DNA of 64,000 bases from Carcharhinus amblyrhynchos (GCA_965287045.1 OZ336885.1:61690001-61754000), one strand, 5' to 3'. Shown: positions 12,300 to 25,570, numbered from the stretch's first letter. Notes: a model not told the origin generated them from the letters alone. Numbers and translations: made by a program.

Positions 12300-12945
12300 C
12301 CAGCCAAGTCAAATCTCTCATCATGTATACATTAAATTCAAAGGGTTACTGCCAATTAAATTTCATAAAACTTGTAATATAAACCTCCAAACATTGAACG
12401 AATTTGATAATTATAAACACAGGCGACCATATATTTCGTCGAACTAATATTAGCTTATAATCACTGAATACAATGCGAGTCGTCATTTTTGTTGAATTGC
12501 CCACGAAGCCTTTCCAATCGGAACATTGTGTGGCTGGTAACCTGAGTTGTCGGCGATTTCCTTGACTTTGTTGAAACTAGTATCAACTCAACCCAAAAAG
12601 AGGAAATTTGCAATCTTAGCTGTCCTTGCAAAGACGACGAACTCCATTGTTGACTGATGACAATGGACGTTCATAAATGAATACTTTCTGATGCCGCTGC
12701 CAATATTTTAATGTGATGCGTCCGTGAAATCTTAAATGATAACTGGTTGGAAGCGCTTTTGAATAAGAAGTCAAAATGCTTTCCTCACATTTCCACTTTT
12801 CCTTTCAAGGGTCTTTAAAACACCATTACGTCCAGTATAATGAAGGACTGAGAACATCCACATCAATTTTCAGAGCTGAGCAAATTAATGCGAACCTCTG
12901 CTATTCAGAAGAAGAGCGACTAAATCTCTGAGACATAAAACGATA
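12300..12945 (-). pseudogene. Decayed TCR delta-like C exon (12680-12945), possible hinge, and TM (12300-12390), unit A
   Basis: SRSSSE*QRFALICSALKIDVDVLSPSLYW and QLSF (12734-12745, shared with the 37-kb copy); TM FNVYM resembles FNVLMT. Confidence 0.55.
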
Positions 12946-14620
12946 GGAACATAAAATATTAGAACATAAGAACATAAGAAATAGGAGCAGGAGTAGGCCA
13001 TCTATCCCTTCGAGCCTGCCCCGCCATTCAATAAGATCATGGCTGATCTGTCGCTGCTCAGTTCCACTTTCCCGCCCTCCCCCCATAACCCTTAATCCCC
13101 TCTCTTATCAAAAACCCATCAACCCGCCTCTTAAAAATATTTAGCGAGGCAGCCTCCACCACTTCAACGGGCAGAGAATTCCAGAGATTCACCACGCTTT
13201 GAGTGAAGAAGTTCCTCCTCAACTCCGTTCTAAACCGCCCCCCTTTTATCTTGAGGCTGTGCCCCCTAGTCCTACTGTCTTTTTTGAGCGGGAAGAGTCT
13301 CTCCACCTCTATCCTATCCATCCCATTCATCATCTTATACGTCTCAATGAGATCTCCCCTCATTCTTCTCAACTCTAACGAGTACAAGCCCAGTTTATTC
13401 AGCCTCTCCTCATAGCTCAACCCCCTCAACTCCGGCATCAGCCTAGTAAACCTCCTCTGCACTCCCTCCAAGGCCAAAACTGCGCAGGTGCGGCGCCCAA
13501 AACTGCACACAGTACTCCAGCTGCGGCCTCAGCAATGCCCTATACAGCTGCAGCAAGTCCTCCCTACTTTTATATTCAATCCCCCTCGCTATGAAGGCCA
13601 GCATCCCATTCGCCTTCCTGACCACCTGCTGCAGCTGCAAGCTGGGTTTTTGCGACTCATGCACAAGGACCCCGAGGTCCCTCTGCACCGTCGCCTGCTG
13701 CAGTTTTTCGCCCCGTATGTAATAGTCCTTCCTACCATTCTTCTTACCAAAGTGGACCACCTCACACTTGCCCACATTAAATTCCATTTGCCATTTCCTG
13801 GCCCATTCGCCCAGCCTATCTAGGTCCTTCTGCAGACTCTCCACACCCTCCGCACAATTTGCCGTTCCCCCAATCTTGGTGTCATCAGCAAATTTCGACA
13901 CCATACACTCGGTTCCCTCCTCCAGATCATCTATATAAATGGTAAAAAGCTGAGGCCCCAGCACCGACCCCTGGGGCACTCCACTAGTCACCATCCGCCA
14001 ATCCGAATAGCACCCGTTGACCCCCACTCTCTGCCTCCTATTTGACAACCAATCCTCTATCCACGCTAACACCCTACCCCCAACTCCATGTCCCTTGACC
14101 TTCTGCAATAACCTCTTGTGAGGTACTTTGTCAAACGCCTTCTGAAAATCTAGAAAGACCACATCCACCGGCTCTCCTCTATCCACCGCCCTCGACACAT
14201 CCTCATAGAACTCCAGTAAATTTGTCAGACACGACTTCCCTTTAATGAAACCGTGCTGCGTCTGCTCTATCAAGCAATTCCCTTCAAGATGCCTCGCAAT
14301 TTCCTCCTTAATGTCAGATTCTAACATTTTACCTACCACAGACGTTAAACTAACCGGCCTATAATTCCCCGCCTTTTGCCTGGCACCCTTCTTAAACAAC
14401 GGCGTAACATTAGCCGTTTTCCAATCATCCGGCACTTTCCCGGAATCCAGCGACGTCTGGAAAATAACCACCAAGGCATCCACTATCACCTCCGCCATTT
14501 CTTTCAGAACCCTCGGATGCATTCCATCCGGTCCTGGGGACTTGTCCACAATCATCCCCTCCAGTCTGTCGAGCACCTCCTCTCTAGTAACAGTAATGTC
14601 ATTAAGACCCTCCAGTCATA
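12946..14620 (-). mobile_element. Young 5'-truncated CR1 LINE (ORF2 RT C-terminal part)
   Basis: 377-aa ORF with [37 protein letters not shown] and FADD; a small deletion near 13480 shifts the frame; (aagaacat)n 3' tail. Confidence 0.97.
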
Positions 14621-15050
14621 ACACTTCACGCCAACTGTGGACAATGTATCCTTCGTGCTTTTTCAGCTTTTCAATCATTTCACAACTGATTTTGTGGTGG
14701 ATACAAATCCTCTTTTCTGTCCGCTTCCACTGAATTTGAGCCCAGTCTTTATAAACTGAATATGTTAACTCTGCTATGAGTGACAACAATCCTTCACTTT
14801 TTTTTATTCTGGGTAAAACAAATCTTGCCCCTGCTAAACTTTAAGATAAACAGCGACATCAAAATCAGAGAACATTTGTTTTTTTTTTAGCTTTTTCATC
14901 AAATTGCAAACTCTGGAAAACGAAACATACCCCTTATGTCTTCGAGCCAATGGTAATAGCATGTTTTGAATAACATTATTTGCAGCAGCATTTCGCGCTG
15001 CGGGATTTAGACATTATTGATGGATTCCATCATGATGAAGGAGCTCCATG

Positions 15051-15890
15051 GGGGCGATTCTCCCAAAAAAATGCCAAAGTATGGAATTGCGAAGAAAGAA
15101 AGAGCAATTCACGCTGTTTTTTTTTCCAGTGGGAGTTCAAAGAAGGGTGTCCCACACTCTGCAACGCAGAGGTCACCTTCGTGAATGTCATTTGATTGCA
15201 AGAGTGGGGCCTGCTTAAACGGAAGAGGTTTAAATCAACGATAATCTGCGCATGCACAGTGGTTTGGAAGTGGCAGTCTCTCGTTTGTGAGCCAACTCGA
15301 TCGCTGGCTAGCTTGGGACCCCCGCAATGCTGCCCCCACACCCCACCGCCATCCATTCAACCACCCACAGACCATGGCCGAATTACGGCTCCAGTCTATT
15401 CACAGGCCAGCCCTGACATCCGTCCGTTTCCGATCTGCACCACCCCCGCAGTGATTATGATCTCCAAATCCCGCAGGCAGGCTTCCACCCGAGCAACAAC
15501 GCCGCCGTACGCACCCCGCAGATCATCGCGGAAACTCCCGGACGATCACTCCCGACCAGCCCATCTCGAATGTTTGCCCCGTTCCAGCGCAGACCGGATC
15601 GCAATGTCTGCGGACGCCACAGCACAACTAATCGCACCGTACGCCCCGCCCCCAGCATGTCTCTCCCACCGGAACATTTCTCATTAGTTTCCGCCCCCTT
15701 GGCACTTTCCCATGCCTGGTTCACAATGCCACGGTGCCTCCTGTGCCTTGAGACTTAATCCCTTAGGCAGTGCAACGTGGCACATACTGGAATTGTCAGG
15801 TTTCCCATGCCCTAGGGGCACAAACTCCACCGAGATTCTGAGGGCCCCCGATTGCTCCACCTCCCTCATTCGACCGGAGTTGTCCTGCTT
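15051..15890. mobile_element. Probable non-autonomous Harbinger-derived insertion
   Basis: Starts ggggcgattctccc; GC-rich body resembling the 0-5 kb element; interrupts the J region. Confidence 0.5.
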
Positions 15891-15955
15891 GTTCCCGGAA
15901 AGGTAGAAGTTATAATAATCCATGCAAACATGTTTCCAATCTGCATGTTGCCTTC

Positions 15956-16005
15956 CAGGCTCCAAGAAAAATTGAATGACCACACCAAATATCCTCAGCA
16001 ATTCA
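15956..16005 (-). pseudogene. Decayed TCR Jdelta-like segment
   Basis: In-frame LRIFGVVIQFFLEP versus recalled TRDJ pattern FGxGIxLFVEP; lies 5' (minus sense) of the Cdelta-like exon at 12.8 kb. Confidence 0.65.
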
Positions 16006-17699
16006 TGTTAAGTCATTAGCATGAAGATGAACTGTCAGCTGTGAAACTAGATATTTTTCTGATGTAGAACTAACTTTACACTGAGATCTGCTGTGCTTCT
16101 GTCAATGTGTTACTCTCCATAACTTGTTTGTTTTTCCCGTAGTTACGATTTTCTTTTAAACGCGATCTCCTTTTGTGCTAAGATCAAGATTTGCTTAAAT
16201 TATTAAGTTTTTCCCTCCAAGTTTTTCTTTAAATTTACATCTCTACTGTCAAGGCTTTCAACCGACTGTTGTGGTTTGTTTTCGTTAGTACTGCCTTGCA
16301 GCCACAAGATTAACTTCGTGCATGTTTATTCTGCTTCACAATGCATCCTTCATCGTAAAGAGGTCTTTGTAAATCACTGGGATCACTGACGTCGAGGCGA
16401 TCCTTTAACATGAGGCCTTTGACTCGTCATATTTCGTTCTTCATCAGTTGTTTCAGAAATCCTGTTTCTTTGGCTAAATCTAAATTCTTGCATTAAAACT
16501 TGTCCCTGATTACGGGTTGTTTCATATCTTACTGAATATCTAATATGTCCAATCTGTAGATAGGTTAAAGCCATCAGCGAATATCATTAGAATATCACAG
16601 CACTCCTTTAGTTATATTCCTGTAGACTTTGGCTAATCGTGCGTCTTAACGTAAGTGTGCAATCACAATCGTTTTATGTTGTTCTCTGACTCTCATTACA
16701 TTCATTGACCTATTGATTTGTCATCCCCCGGGCCTTTCTTCTGTCTTCATCTATTGTATCGTGGGCACATTCAATCGAATGTTCTCTAGATTTCGCCCGC
16801 TAAATGACTTACCAGAACAGTGACTATATAATGTTTAAGATGATGGCCACAGCAACAATTCCGGAATCTCATGGAATGCCAATAAGTTTTCCAGCGTCTC
16901 TCGTTTAGCAGTGCAATAATTATTCTATTGTCATTTAATATAATAATGCAGCAAATATCAATATTAAATGTTGCTTTATTTATTTATCGACCATCTATAT
17001 GTTTATCAATTGAAAGCACTGAATCTTTTGCAGGTTAATTAATACATTTAGTGCAAATGTAGACCGTGGTCACATAATGTTGCCCCTGCCACGGTAATAT
17101 CCTCTTTATTACCAGGCATACATTGTATCCACCACCACTTGACCGCACACGATTTATCTGGATTCGCAGCTGTCATGGGATCATTTGATTCCGCCCAAAC
17201 ACAGAATTAATAAATTGGATATTGACATGCAGAAATCCAAAGCAGAATAGGGCAGAATGTGTCTGACAGCGTTAGACCATATTTAAAGTTGTAATGAAAG
17301 TGTCATTCTTCCCAGTTACGAGATTGACAGGCATAAAATCAGATGTAATTTAGATATCATCACAAAACAAATTACTCAGATGAGTGATAGATCAGGGAAG
17401 GCAGACAGATGCTGAATTTGCAGGTCCAGGAATGTAGCACAACCAGACAGCCCAGTAGATGACGAGTCGAACCAACGAGATTCAACGCCAAATTCACATT
17501 ACACTGGTAATCCAGTTAAACGTTGTTACTATGGCTAAATGCAACAGTGAAACAGTTTGCGGCAAAGGCCTATTTAAAGTCCAAACGATTCAGAAACCTT
17601 AATAAAGGAAGATTATCATTCTCCGATGCATCAGGCAAAGATGGACCATCCTCCTGGTGTCGCATGGTCAATGTAAGATGCATTTATTTAAAGTGGATG

Positions 17700-17960
17700 C
17701 GCTTTGTGGATGTGGGAAATATTGCTTTCTTCAGGTTTTGACAAGACAGCTTGGAAATGAATGAGAGTTTAGATACACCTGTGTTTCTGTGTGCCACACC
17801 GGTGTTCGAATCCTCTGAGAAAATGTGGGTATTCGGGTGTATTTTAGGTTAAATTTAGTTTAGTAAGTGGCCCTTACGAAATGGATAACTATGACTGGCT
17901 GTCTTTTTTTTCCCCACGAGTTGTTTCACACCAGTCCTCACAACATTGAAGTGAACAGCA
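17700..17960 (-). pseudogene. Possible decayed C1 exon following the VJ at 18 kb
   Basis: KQLVGKKKTA...FISKLS; the AAAAAAAGACAGCCA core also occurs at ~52110. Confidence 0.3.
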
Positions 17961-18029
17961 ATATACACCTCCATAAATGCAGCCTCACTTTCAAGCGTCC
18001 ACGCAGCCGACATCAGCACGATCCCTTCC

Positions 18030-18700
18030 CTGCGTCGCCCTCCCGATTTATCTCCAAATACCACGACACTGCTGACAATTTCATCTAATTGGTTCACATC
18101 CACTGCTTTCGACGATATAAACTGCAAGTATACCAAAGTTGTCAGATGATGGAGAGTCATTGTTCTCCTCAACGCCTTCGGTTCGAGTCCAATCCAATAC
18201 GGGCGGCACGGTAGCACACTGGTTAGCACTGCTGCTTCACAGCTCCATTGTCCTGATTTCGATTCTCAGCTCGGGTCACTGTCTGTGTGGAGTTTGCACA
18301 TTCTCCTCGTGTCTGTGAGATTTTCCTCCATCTACTCCGGTGTCCTCCCGCAGTCCAAAGATGTGTGGGTTAGGTTGATTGGCCATGCAAGGAAATTGCC
18401 CGTTAGTGCCCAGGGGAGCAGAAGTTCGAGGGATAAGTGGTATAATAGGTCGGGATATGGGTGTAGGGTCTGGGTGGGATTGTGTTCCGTGGAAACTCGG
18501 TGGGCGAAGTGCCTCTTTCTGCACTGTAGGGTTCTATGATTCTGTGAATCACATCAACTGTCCCATTGCAGGGGTACCCTTCTGTCCTTATCCAGTGACA
18601 GATGGAGAAATCATTGAATAGTGTGTGACAGCCGTTTTGCGTAACCTGTACACACCAACCTTCTGTCCCAAACCTGCCACATCAGCGTGCCGACATCTCG
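18030..18700 (-). pseudogene. Decayed VH-like V with apparently fused J, split by a SINE (unit A head)
   Basis: GYAKRLSH(C)TIQ*(G)F, HWIR (18586-18597), LQW, VYLQFISSKAVD (18122-18133), then in-frame VVFG (18053-18064). Confidence 0.55.
18201..18545 (+). mobile_element. HE1-like tRNA SINE
   Basis: gggcggcacggtagcacactggttagcactgctgcttcacagc...gatttcgattc...tgtgtggagtttgcacattctcc, ending in ttctatgattct. Confidence 0.85.
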
Positions 18701-19109
18701 ACATGTTTGTAAATTACTCAGATCCGAAAATCATCAACCTGCAGTTACTTTCTGCATGCGAAAATTGATTCCAGCAGATGCTACAATCTGCAGTTATATC
18801 AAATCAGATTGACATGTTTATTGTTGGATTATTGAAATCATAACGGTTTTGGTTCATCTAACTGCTACCACGCTTAAGATTCACGATTGCAACCACACAA
18901 TCTCTTATCTAATTTTCCGTGGGCACACATCGATATTTTGAGCACCTCTCTCGTCCCAGCTCTGAGCTCCTCTCGCACTGTTTTCATTATCCCACTTCTC
19001 ACTAGTCCTGATTCCATCCCTTTTGCCGCTGCAGCTTTTACGTGCTGTTTCCATGCTCATGTGGTTCTCACCTCTCACTTTATTTTCAGACTAGATTTCT
19101 CTCTCTTCT

Positions 19110-19590
19110 CCGCTCTTTTATAGATTTTTTTCCATGCTATCGTCATGCTCAGAAGTGCAACGTTATGTTTTTCTATAATTATTCTTCTACACATTGGCAT
19201 TGTATTACATATAATACAGCAAAAACCTGTATCTATAATCGCCATTAGAAGCATGGAGCTCTGGGCTAAGTTTTTTTTTGTAATTTGCTGCTTCTGCGAA
19301 TGACTGTGTCTTGATTTAAAGCATGAATACATACGTTAGCAGTGGAATAATAGGTCTAGTTGATAACTGTCCTTTGGTACATGTTGAGATGGACAATCGC
19401 CATATTGTGTCCTAACAGGCGAATTTCCTAACTTAAAATTATCGTCTCCCTTTTGTTTCCAGCTTGCCTTCTGAAAGGTGAACATAATACTTTGACTTTC
19501 CTGAAATGTTTCTGGCAAAGAATGTCACTCTGGAAAGCAATGCCAATTGCTTGGAATTTCTGTACATTTACGACTGCCGACGAATGACGT
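19110..19590 (-). pseudogene. Decayed TCR beta-like C plus TM (unit B)
   Basis: ORF 19075..19332 runs MYSC...H through IIIEK...LSMTIAWKK, matching the recalled shark Cbeta TM end ISTIAWK. Confidence 0.5.
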
Positions 19591-19683
19591 GAGAATTGCT
19601 AATTTGAAAAAAAAATCCGCAGCAACTTCACTTATGATTCCTTGGAATCCCTTATTTGGCAACATGGAATATAAATGTATTAC

Positions 19684-19870
19684 TAAGATGAAAATCTTGA
19701 TATTTCATTTCCTCGAATAGAACGGAACATAATATGCGTTGAACGCCAAACCGAGATCCACAAAAACAATGTAACTTCGCTGCATGTGTCGCAAATATTG
19801 TTTATCCCGTTTGGATGTCAACGTTTTCATTCATAACGTCATGGTCTCATCGAAATATTTCACAACTTTT
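19684..19870 (-). pseudogene. Two decayed Jbeta-like segments between the gamma-position TM and the beta-position C
   Basis: NAYYVPFYSRK*NIKIFIL with nonamer acaaaaaca (19760-19768) at 12-bp spacing; KYFDETMTL*MK after AGTTGTG. Confidence 0.45.
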
Positions 19871-19914
19871 TTGCATGAGGCAAGCTTTGGGGTACATAAT
19901 AGGAAGTATGAGCA

Positions 19915-20455
19915 ACTTAATATGGAACAAGGCAAACGATTATTTACCTATTCCTTTCTTATAGAACGCAATGGAAAAGTACAAGAACATTGCATTAACT
20001 CCTTCGCAGTATCAAATGAAAGAGAGTTATGGCAAAGATCCACAACGTTTACAATGGAAATTTAGAACCAATGTGCCCGTTCGAAATATCGCTGTTAGGT
20101 CATGGGATAAGTGTTAGAAATATTTTCAGCTGCCAAATTCTTCAAGGGTGGTACTTCATCGATTATGTGCTGAGTGTCTGGACTCCACACGGAAAGACTA
20201 GAAAACATGTTGAATTCGGTGATGCAGAATTGAACACAAAACGAAACTGACATAACTCGCTTTCTCTCAGACTGGGGATAATTATATTGTTTTTCTTCCT
20301 ATCAGACACCTTGAACAATTCAAAACAAATCTTAAATCTTGAATTTGTCAACACCAGTGGAGTGGCGTGTCGGTATACGACGGAACATATTTCGACGTGA
20401 CCCGGTAAAATGAATGATTTTTTTTTACTTAAAACGGATTCACGAAACTGAATGT
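19915..20455 (-). pseudogene. Decayed TCR gamma-like C exon (20165-20455) and TM (19915-20002), unit B
   Basis: Single frame SFILPGHVEI...HATPLVL...F...FKVSDRK...VFPCGVQ follows C1 strand order; TM reads VNAMFLYFSIAFYK. Confidence 0.55.
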
Positions 20456-20675
20456 CAGCAAAAAAAACAATTGACAATAGCCAATGGGAATCGAGGTATG
20501 AAAGTGAAATCTTGATCACCACCCTTGCTCTAATTCCCGATATTTTTTGTCCAATCCCTGTCCACTACTATTTGCAATATGTCTTATTGTAAACAAAACA
20601 TATCCTCATGGGGAAAATACTGACAGCAACAATGAAAGGTTTACGACCGCTGGACGGCAATTGAGATGTATTTAC

Positions 20676-20725
20676 CTTCCTCATTCAATTTCGTGTTCTC
20701 GACTGTAGAAGATAATTCAAGATAA
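20676..20725 (-). pseudogene. Decayed J segment ~130 bp downstream of the V RSS
   Basis: IIFYS/TKLNEE G|gtaaat with an intact phase-1 donor. Confidence 0.45.
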
Positions 20726-20856
20726 GTACAGCACATTTACATTACAACCGTTCTACGTGCATACAACATTTTTTGCATTTGTGTTGATTCCGAAATCATC
20801 GGTTGTGTATAGGTTGAGCCATGTTAAAGTTCGAATTCTGCTTTTAGTCACCAAAC

Positions 20857-20895
20857 GAGTTTTGAGGGAAACATCGTTCGAAGGGAATAATTGTG
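20857..20895 (-). promoter_or_regulatory. 23-bp-spacer recombination signal sequence, degenerate
   Basis: CACAATT-N23-TCAAAACTC immediately after the YYCRE codons. Confidence 0.6.
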
Positions 20896-21190
20896 TACTC
20901 ACGACAATAATAAGATGCTTCAGAATTAGATAGTGAACGGAGTTTTCAAGGAAGTGAGAATTGTTCACTTGAGTCTGGAAAGAGAAAATGTGTGCCGTCG
21001 GACAGATACTAAAATAGACCGCAGAGGTAAAATATCATGTCACAAAAATTCAAACTCCGTGATATTTATTCATCTGGGCCTACCAATGGCAAAGGTAATT
21101 GCTAAAGTGTTGATTTCATCAAAATACCAGCTTTAGACGCTGCTTGATATGTAAGCCCTTAGAAGAAAATATTGTCAGTAATGCATCATG
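20896..21190 (-). pseudogene. Decayed V segment (unit B)
   Basis: LT...QRLKLVF(C22)..FSNYLCHW*AQ...NNSHFL/LRSLSNSEASYYC; Trp (21083-21085) to Cys (20904-20906) is ~60 codons; RSS follows. Confidence 0.7.
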
Positions 21191-21439
21191 AACATTAATC
21201 GTATTGCCCTTCTCTCTTTGGAAATTGCTTCTCGCTTGTCAGGCGAATGCATTAATGAAATACAAATTAATTTTTTTCTCACATATTTTTTTCAAAAATT
21301 CTTTGCATACTGTGACATCTGGAATAAGGATAAGAGACAGTAACACATTAATGTACAACCACATTGCCTGTTGTCTTTATATGTGTCTCAAATATAATGG
21401 TGCTATTTGAAAGGATGACATTACGACAGATAATGCTAA

Positions 21440-22260
21440 ATCACAGCTTTGTTTCAACAACATGGAGCGAACGATGGATCGTTTGGACCTCACAGTGTTT
21501 GACATAAATACAACTAATTAATGTCTGGAGTTTCCAATGAATGCAAACAGAGATGGCATGCCCAAACATCAGTTTGCACGCTCTGAAATGTTTTATTTCA
21601 CCCGCTTATAGATGCGATTCTTGGTGACGACTTCCACAATACAGTGGGCGCAGCTTAACACAATTATAAAGAAATAGAACTAATCGTCCTACTCCCTTCA
21701 CGCTTTGGACGGAATTAAGGCAGGTAGTCGGTTGCAGGTTATGACGATTGAATGAACATCTTTGACAAGAGAAACGTTACACTTCATCAGAGCTTAGTCA
21801 AAGATAAGTAAATCAAATGTTATTTATTAGTGGCAAACATGCTTGGATTAACACTGCAAAGAAGTTATCGTGAAAGTCCCCGAGTCGCTACACTCCGGCG
21901 GCTGCCTTGGGACACTGAGGCTGATTTTAGCACGACGAATGCACTTACACGCGCAAGTGTTTCCGACTGTGAAAGGAAACCGGAACATTCGGGGTTAACA
22001 AAAGCAGACAGGGGGAGATCATGCAGACTCCGGGACCCTGGAACAGTGAGACACCTATGGCGACCATTCTTTCATCGTGCCGCCCCAACAAAATGTTCTG
22101 AATTATCCCTACAATTTGAAACACTTTCGGCAACGCATCTCTCCGCGATTAATTCATCAGTATGCGTTTACGAAAATGAATACTTTGACTCCCTTTCAAA
22201 CATAAACTCCAACAACACTTAAGTTTTGGCTTAACCCGGCGATGCTTGCTAACATGAAAG
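21440..22260 (-). pseudogene. Decayed alpha-position C (split by SINE) and TM (21440-21524), unit B
   Basis: MKCNVS near 21775; TM reads IN*LYL...L*(R) and ...VVETKL*(W) after a ctccag acceptor. Confidence 0.45.
21820..22085 (-). mobile_element. tRNA SINE (HE1-related), old
   Basis: Reverse complement reads gggcggcacgatg...ctcactgttccagggtcccgg...tttccggtttcctttcacagtc. Confidence 0.65.
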
Positions 22261-22794
22261 CCCATTGCCCTTTCAATTAAAGGAAACAAATCTTCATTTT
22301 CGTCACTGGCTTGCACATATTATCACTAGATGACAGGAAGCAGAGTGCTGAGCATAGCAACCCAGGAGCGGGTTACAGTTCGGCCGTGGATAACTTGTCA
22401 GGATTGTGCACGTTCTTCGGGTCCAAGTGCATGCAGTTTGAGTTGTATTGTCAGAGGGATTAGTGATGTTTCTTTGATGGGGAATGGGGTGTGGAGATTG
22501 GGTGGCAGCGTTGCATAAAATACAATTTCACGGAGTTTGGATAGACTGGCCTCCCCTGCACTGTATGAATTATATGGTCGAGTAATTCAGGCACATTGGA
22601 AAGCATTCAGTGGGCTCGCATTCGAATTCAGCCTCTGCTAATTGTGAAATTAAATTAAAGAAGGAACAGGAATACACAGTCATGGATTGTTTTCTGTTAT
22701 TTCAACGATAACAACGGTGTTCACTGATGTCGTTTCAGAATTCTGTCTGCCATCCTTAGATGCTGTGGCCTAAACAAGATCCCAGTCTAAAATG

Positions 22795-23100
22795 TGGGAG
22801 CACATGGCACAGTGGTTACTATTGCTACCTGACAACTCCAGTGGCATGGGCTCGATTTCCGGCTTGGATTAATGTCTGTGTGGAGTTAGCACGTGGTCCA
22901 CTGTCTGCGTGTTTCTTTTTCCTGTGGGTGTTCCGGTTTCCTCGCTGGGTTCGAAAGATGTTTTTTCAGTGCATTCGCCATGCGAAGTTATCCCTCAGTA
23001 AATCCGAGCAGGCGCTGTCGTGTGGCGACCAGACGATTTCACAGTAGCATCATTGCGGTGTTAATGTAAGCCTTATTGTGACTAACAAATAAACTTTACA
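22795..23100 (+). mobile_element. tRNA SINE (HE1-related), old
   Basis: gggagcacatggcacagtggtta...tcgatttccggcttgg...tgtctgtgtggagttagcacgt. Confidence 0.7.
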
Positions 23101-23905
23101 CATTTATGGTTGACTCTTAACTGCCCTCTTAAAGAATTATTCTGAACAATATCATTTCGGTTCAGGCAATGAATGTTTGACTTGACAGGCGAACCCAAAT
23201 CCCACGCAAGGAAACAGAAAACTCGGTTCCATTCGTCTCCAAGAACAACGATTGACAAAAGAAATAATAAATAATCTTCATTGTTTGATGCGATTACATA
23301 ACTTAAACAACGCCTGTTTATTTCCATTTAATTGCCTTATCTGTGAAAATGCGGTAAATAAGGCGTTCTCAACTGCAGTCGTAGAAAACGAACGGGGCTT
23401 TGAAGTTCCTTGAACCTTTGTACACATCAATTTCGGAGTCAGAAGACGCGAAATTGATCACTGTATTTAAGATTGCCTTTTCAGCTGTAGTAGTGTAAAT
23501 GAGGAACCCGAAATTGGAGCGCGTGCACTGACAAGTGGGCGAAACTTCAGAGAGACATTGCGGAATGAAATACCAGCGTTTTCAGCAATATGTTGTAATT
23601 GAACTGTTAACAGCAAGTTAAATGCGAATGCCATTGATTATTTGAGGAGGAATGGAACACTCGGTGTGGTAGATGGATATAAACATGTTTGTGTGATACT
23701 GGAAAGTCAAAAGGAGGCTGGAACCCAGCATCAAGTCGTTCGATTAGTTTGGGGGGGGGGGGGCGGAGAGAGAGAGAGAGAGAGAGAGGAAGTTGCGGGG
23801 TGGGGGGGGGGAGAGAGAGAGTGAGAGGAAGTTGCGGGGGGGGGGGGGGGGCGGATGAGTGGTGTAGGAGACGGGGACCCAAATCGATGACGTGAGAACA
23901 TCCAC

Positions 23906-25570
23906 TGGTGACAGCCGTGTGCCATTTCGAAACCGTTACCTGCAACGTAATTTAACAACAGTAAATAATAATATCTTCATAGTTGATTTATTTATCTGAA
24001 CCAAAATGAAATGTGTAGGTAATAATTTGCCTCATTTGGTTCATGCTAAAGTTATGCTTCAGTATTGTTGGTGGGAATATATTATGTTTTGATATGCTGC
24101 CAGGGAATAAAAACAAATGTATCCTACAAGACGGAACATTAAAGAACCCTTTGGTAAATTGTGATAAACCGCAATTGCTGCCTTAGGTAGGGATGATCAC
24201 TGAAATCTGCTTGATCGAATTGGATGCCAACTCTGTAATCGGCAGACAAAATGTCGTAGTGATCCTCGAGGAGAAATCCGATGATACTTTCTTTTTACAC
24301 TGATTAATTAATCGCAATAATCCATTATAATGATTTAGTAAATAACGTCAAAATGTGAATATTTGGAACGTCTCACGTCCTGTCATAATATGAATTGAAT
24401 TTTGCGCAACCAAAAATCAAACTTCTCCGGCGAAAACTAGTATGTTTTTTTTCTACAAGTTCCCAAAATAAATCTTGGTTTTTAGTGGTGTGTTTCTGTT
24501 GGATTATTGGAAAGAAGGACGCACAAAAATACTTTAGAGTCACGCGACTACAAGTTAAACGTGACACAAATTTGATGTTGAAAACAGCAGATCGAGGGAT
24601 TGGTACTCAGCTGATTTTTTTGCCAATAAGAATAACATTATTACCAAGGTTGATGGAGTGAAACGCTACTTCTCCAAATGTTCCTGTGCCTTGTTTTATG
24701 AGGAATGCCCGGAATGATGTCATTCAACTAAGAAGCTGGGATTTCATAAACAACTTCCCGAAATATTATCAGAATGTGTGCTTGTGCTCCGGAATTGTTA
24801 GCGCCAGAGAATCAACCATCAAACATGTACAGTCTTTATTCGGTTTTCTATCAGATATATAGAGTTATAAAATTTTTATTGCCCGAGGTAACAAACAATG
24901 TCCCCACTCCGCTCCCCCCCCACACCCCACGCCATCCCACGCCCCGCCTCCACCCCTCGCCCCATCCCGCCTTCTGTAACCGTTTTCTTCAGCGGATTTG
25001 ACAATATATGCGGGGAGCGTGCGGAACAACAATTTTAAGTTCCGATGACGCTTCGTCAGAGGTCTATCTCCACTGAAGCTGCCAAATCTTCTGAGGTTTT
25101 CTATCAGGTTCTGTTGTTATTTTAAGTTCCAGCATTCAGAGCAATTTGCTTTCTTTCACGTTGTTCGATTGTGCGAAATGAACATTTAGAATGCATGCTG
25201 GTGCGAATCCTCCATGTGGTCATGCCGATCCAAGAGCTCTCCACGTTCGTATTCCGTGATGTTTGGTACCTGAATTGAATCAGATCGTGTCGCATAATTT
25301 CTGAACAAATACATAGATTTTATCTGATCAAAATTACAATTTGTATCAGTGATTTCTTTCTTTCCTTTATCTGTGTTAAATCAAAGGCATTCTCAGTGCA
25401 ATCGTGGTCGCGGGCTAACCTGAGCTATCGGCAACTGTTTTTACGTCGTTCAGTTCTGTGTTTGGACACCACATCGCATCAGATATTGGGCCTGAATAAA
25501 TGTCGACTCACGTAGGAGCATCTTCATGCACATTAGGCCAAATCACCGCTGACTATATTGCAGACAAACA
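23906..25570 (-). pseudogene. Scattered decayed J segments, alpha position (unit B)
   Basis: F(G, 1-nt deletion)NGTRLS at 23906-23933; SLIFG at ~24410-24424; FG...C|gtgagt at ~25511-25545. Confidence 0.5.

Noticed and set aside
24580-24630. Plus-strand J-like GIGTQLIFLP
   Set aside because: No RSS or donor, and the minus strand also gives a J-like reading.
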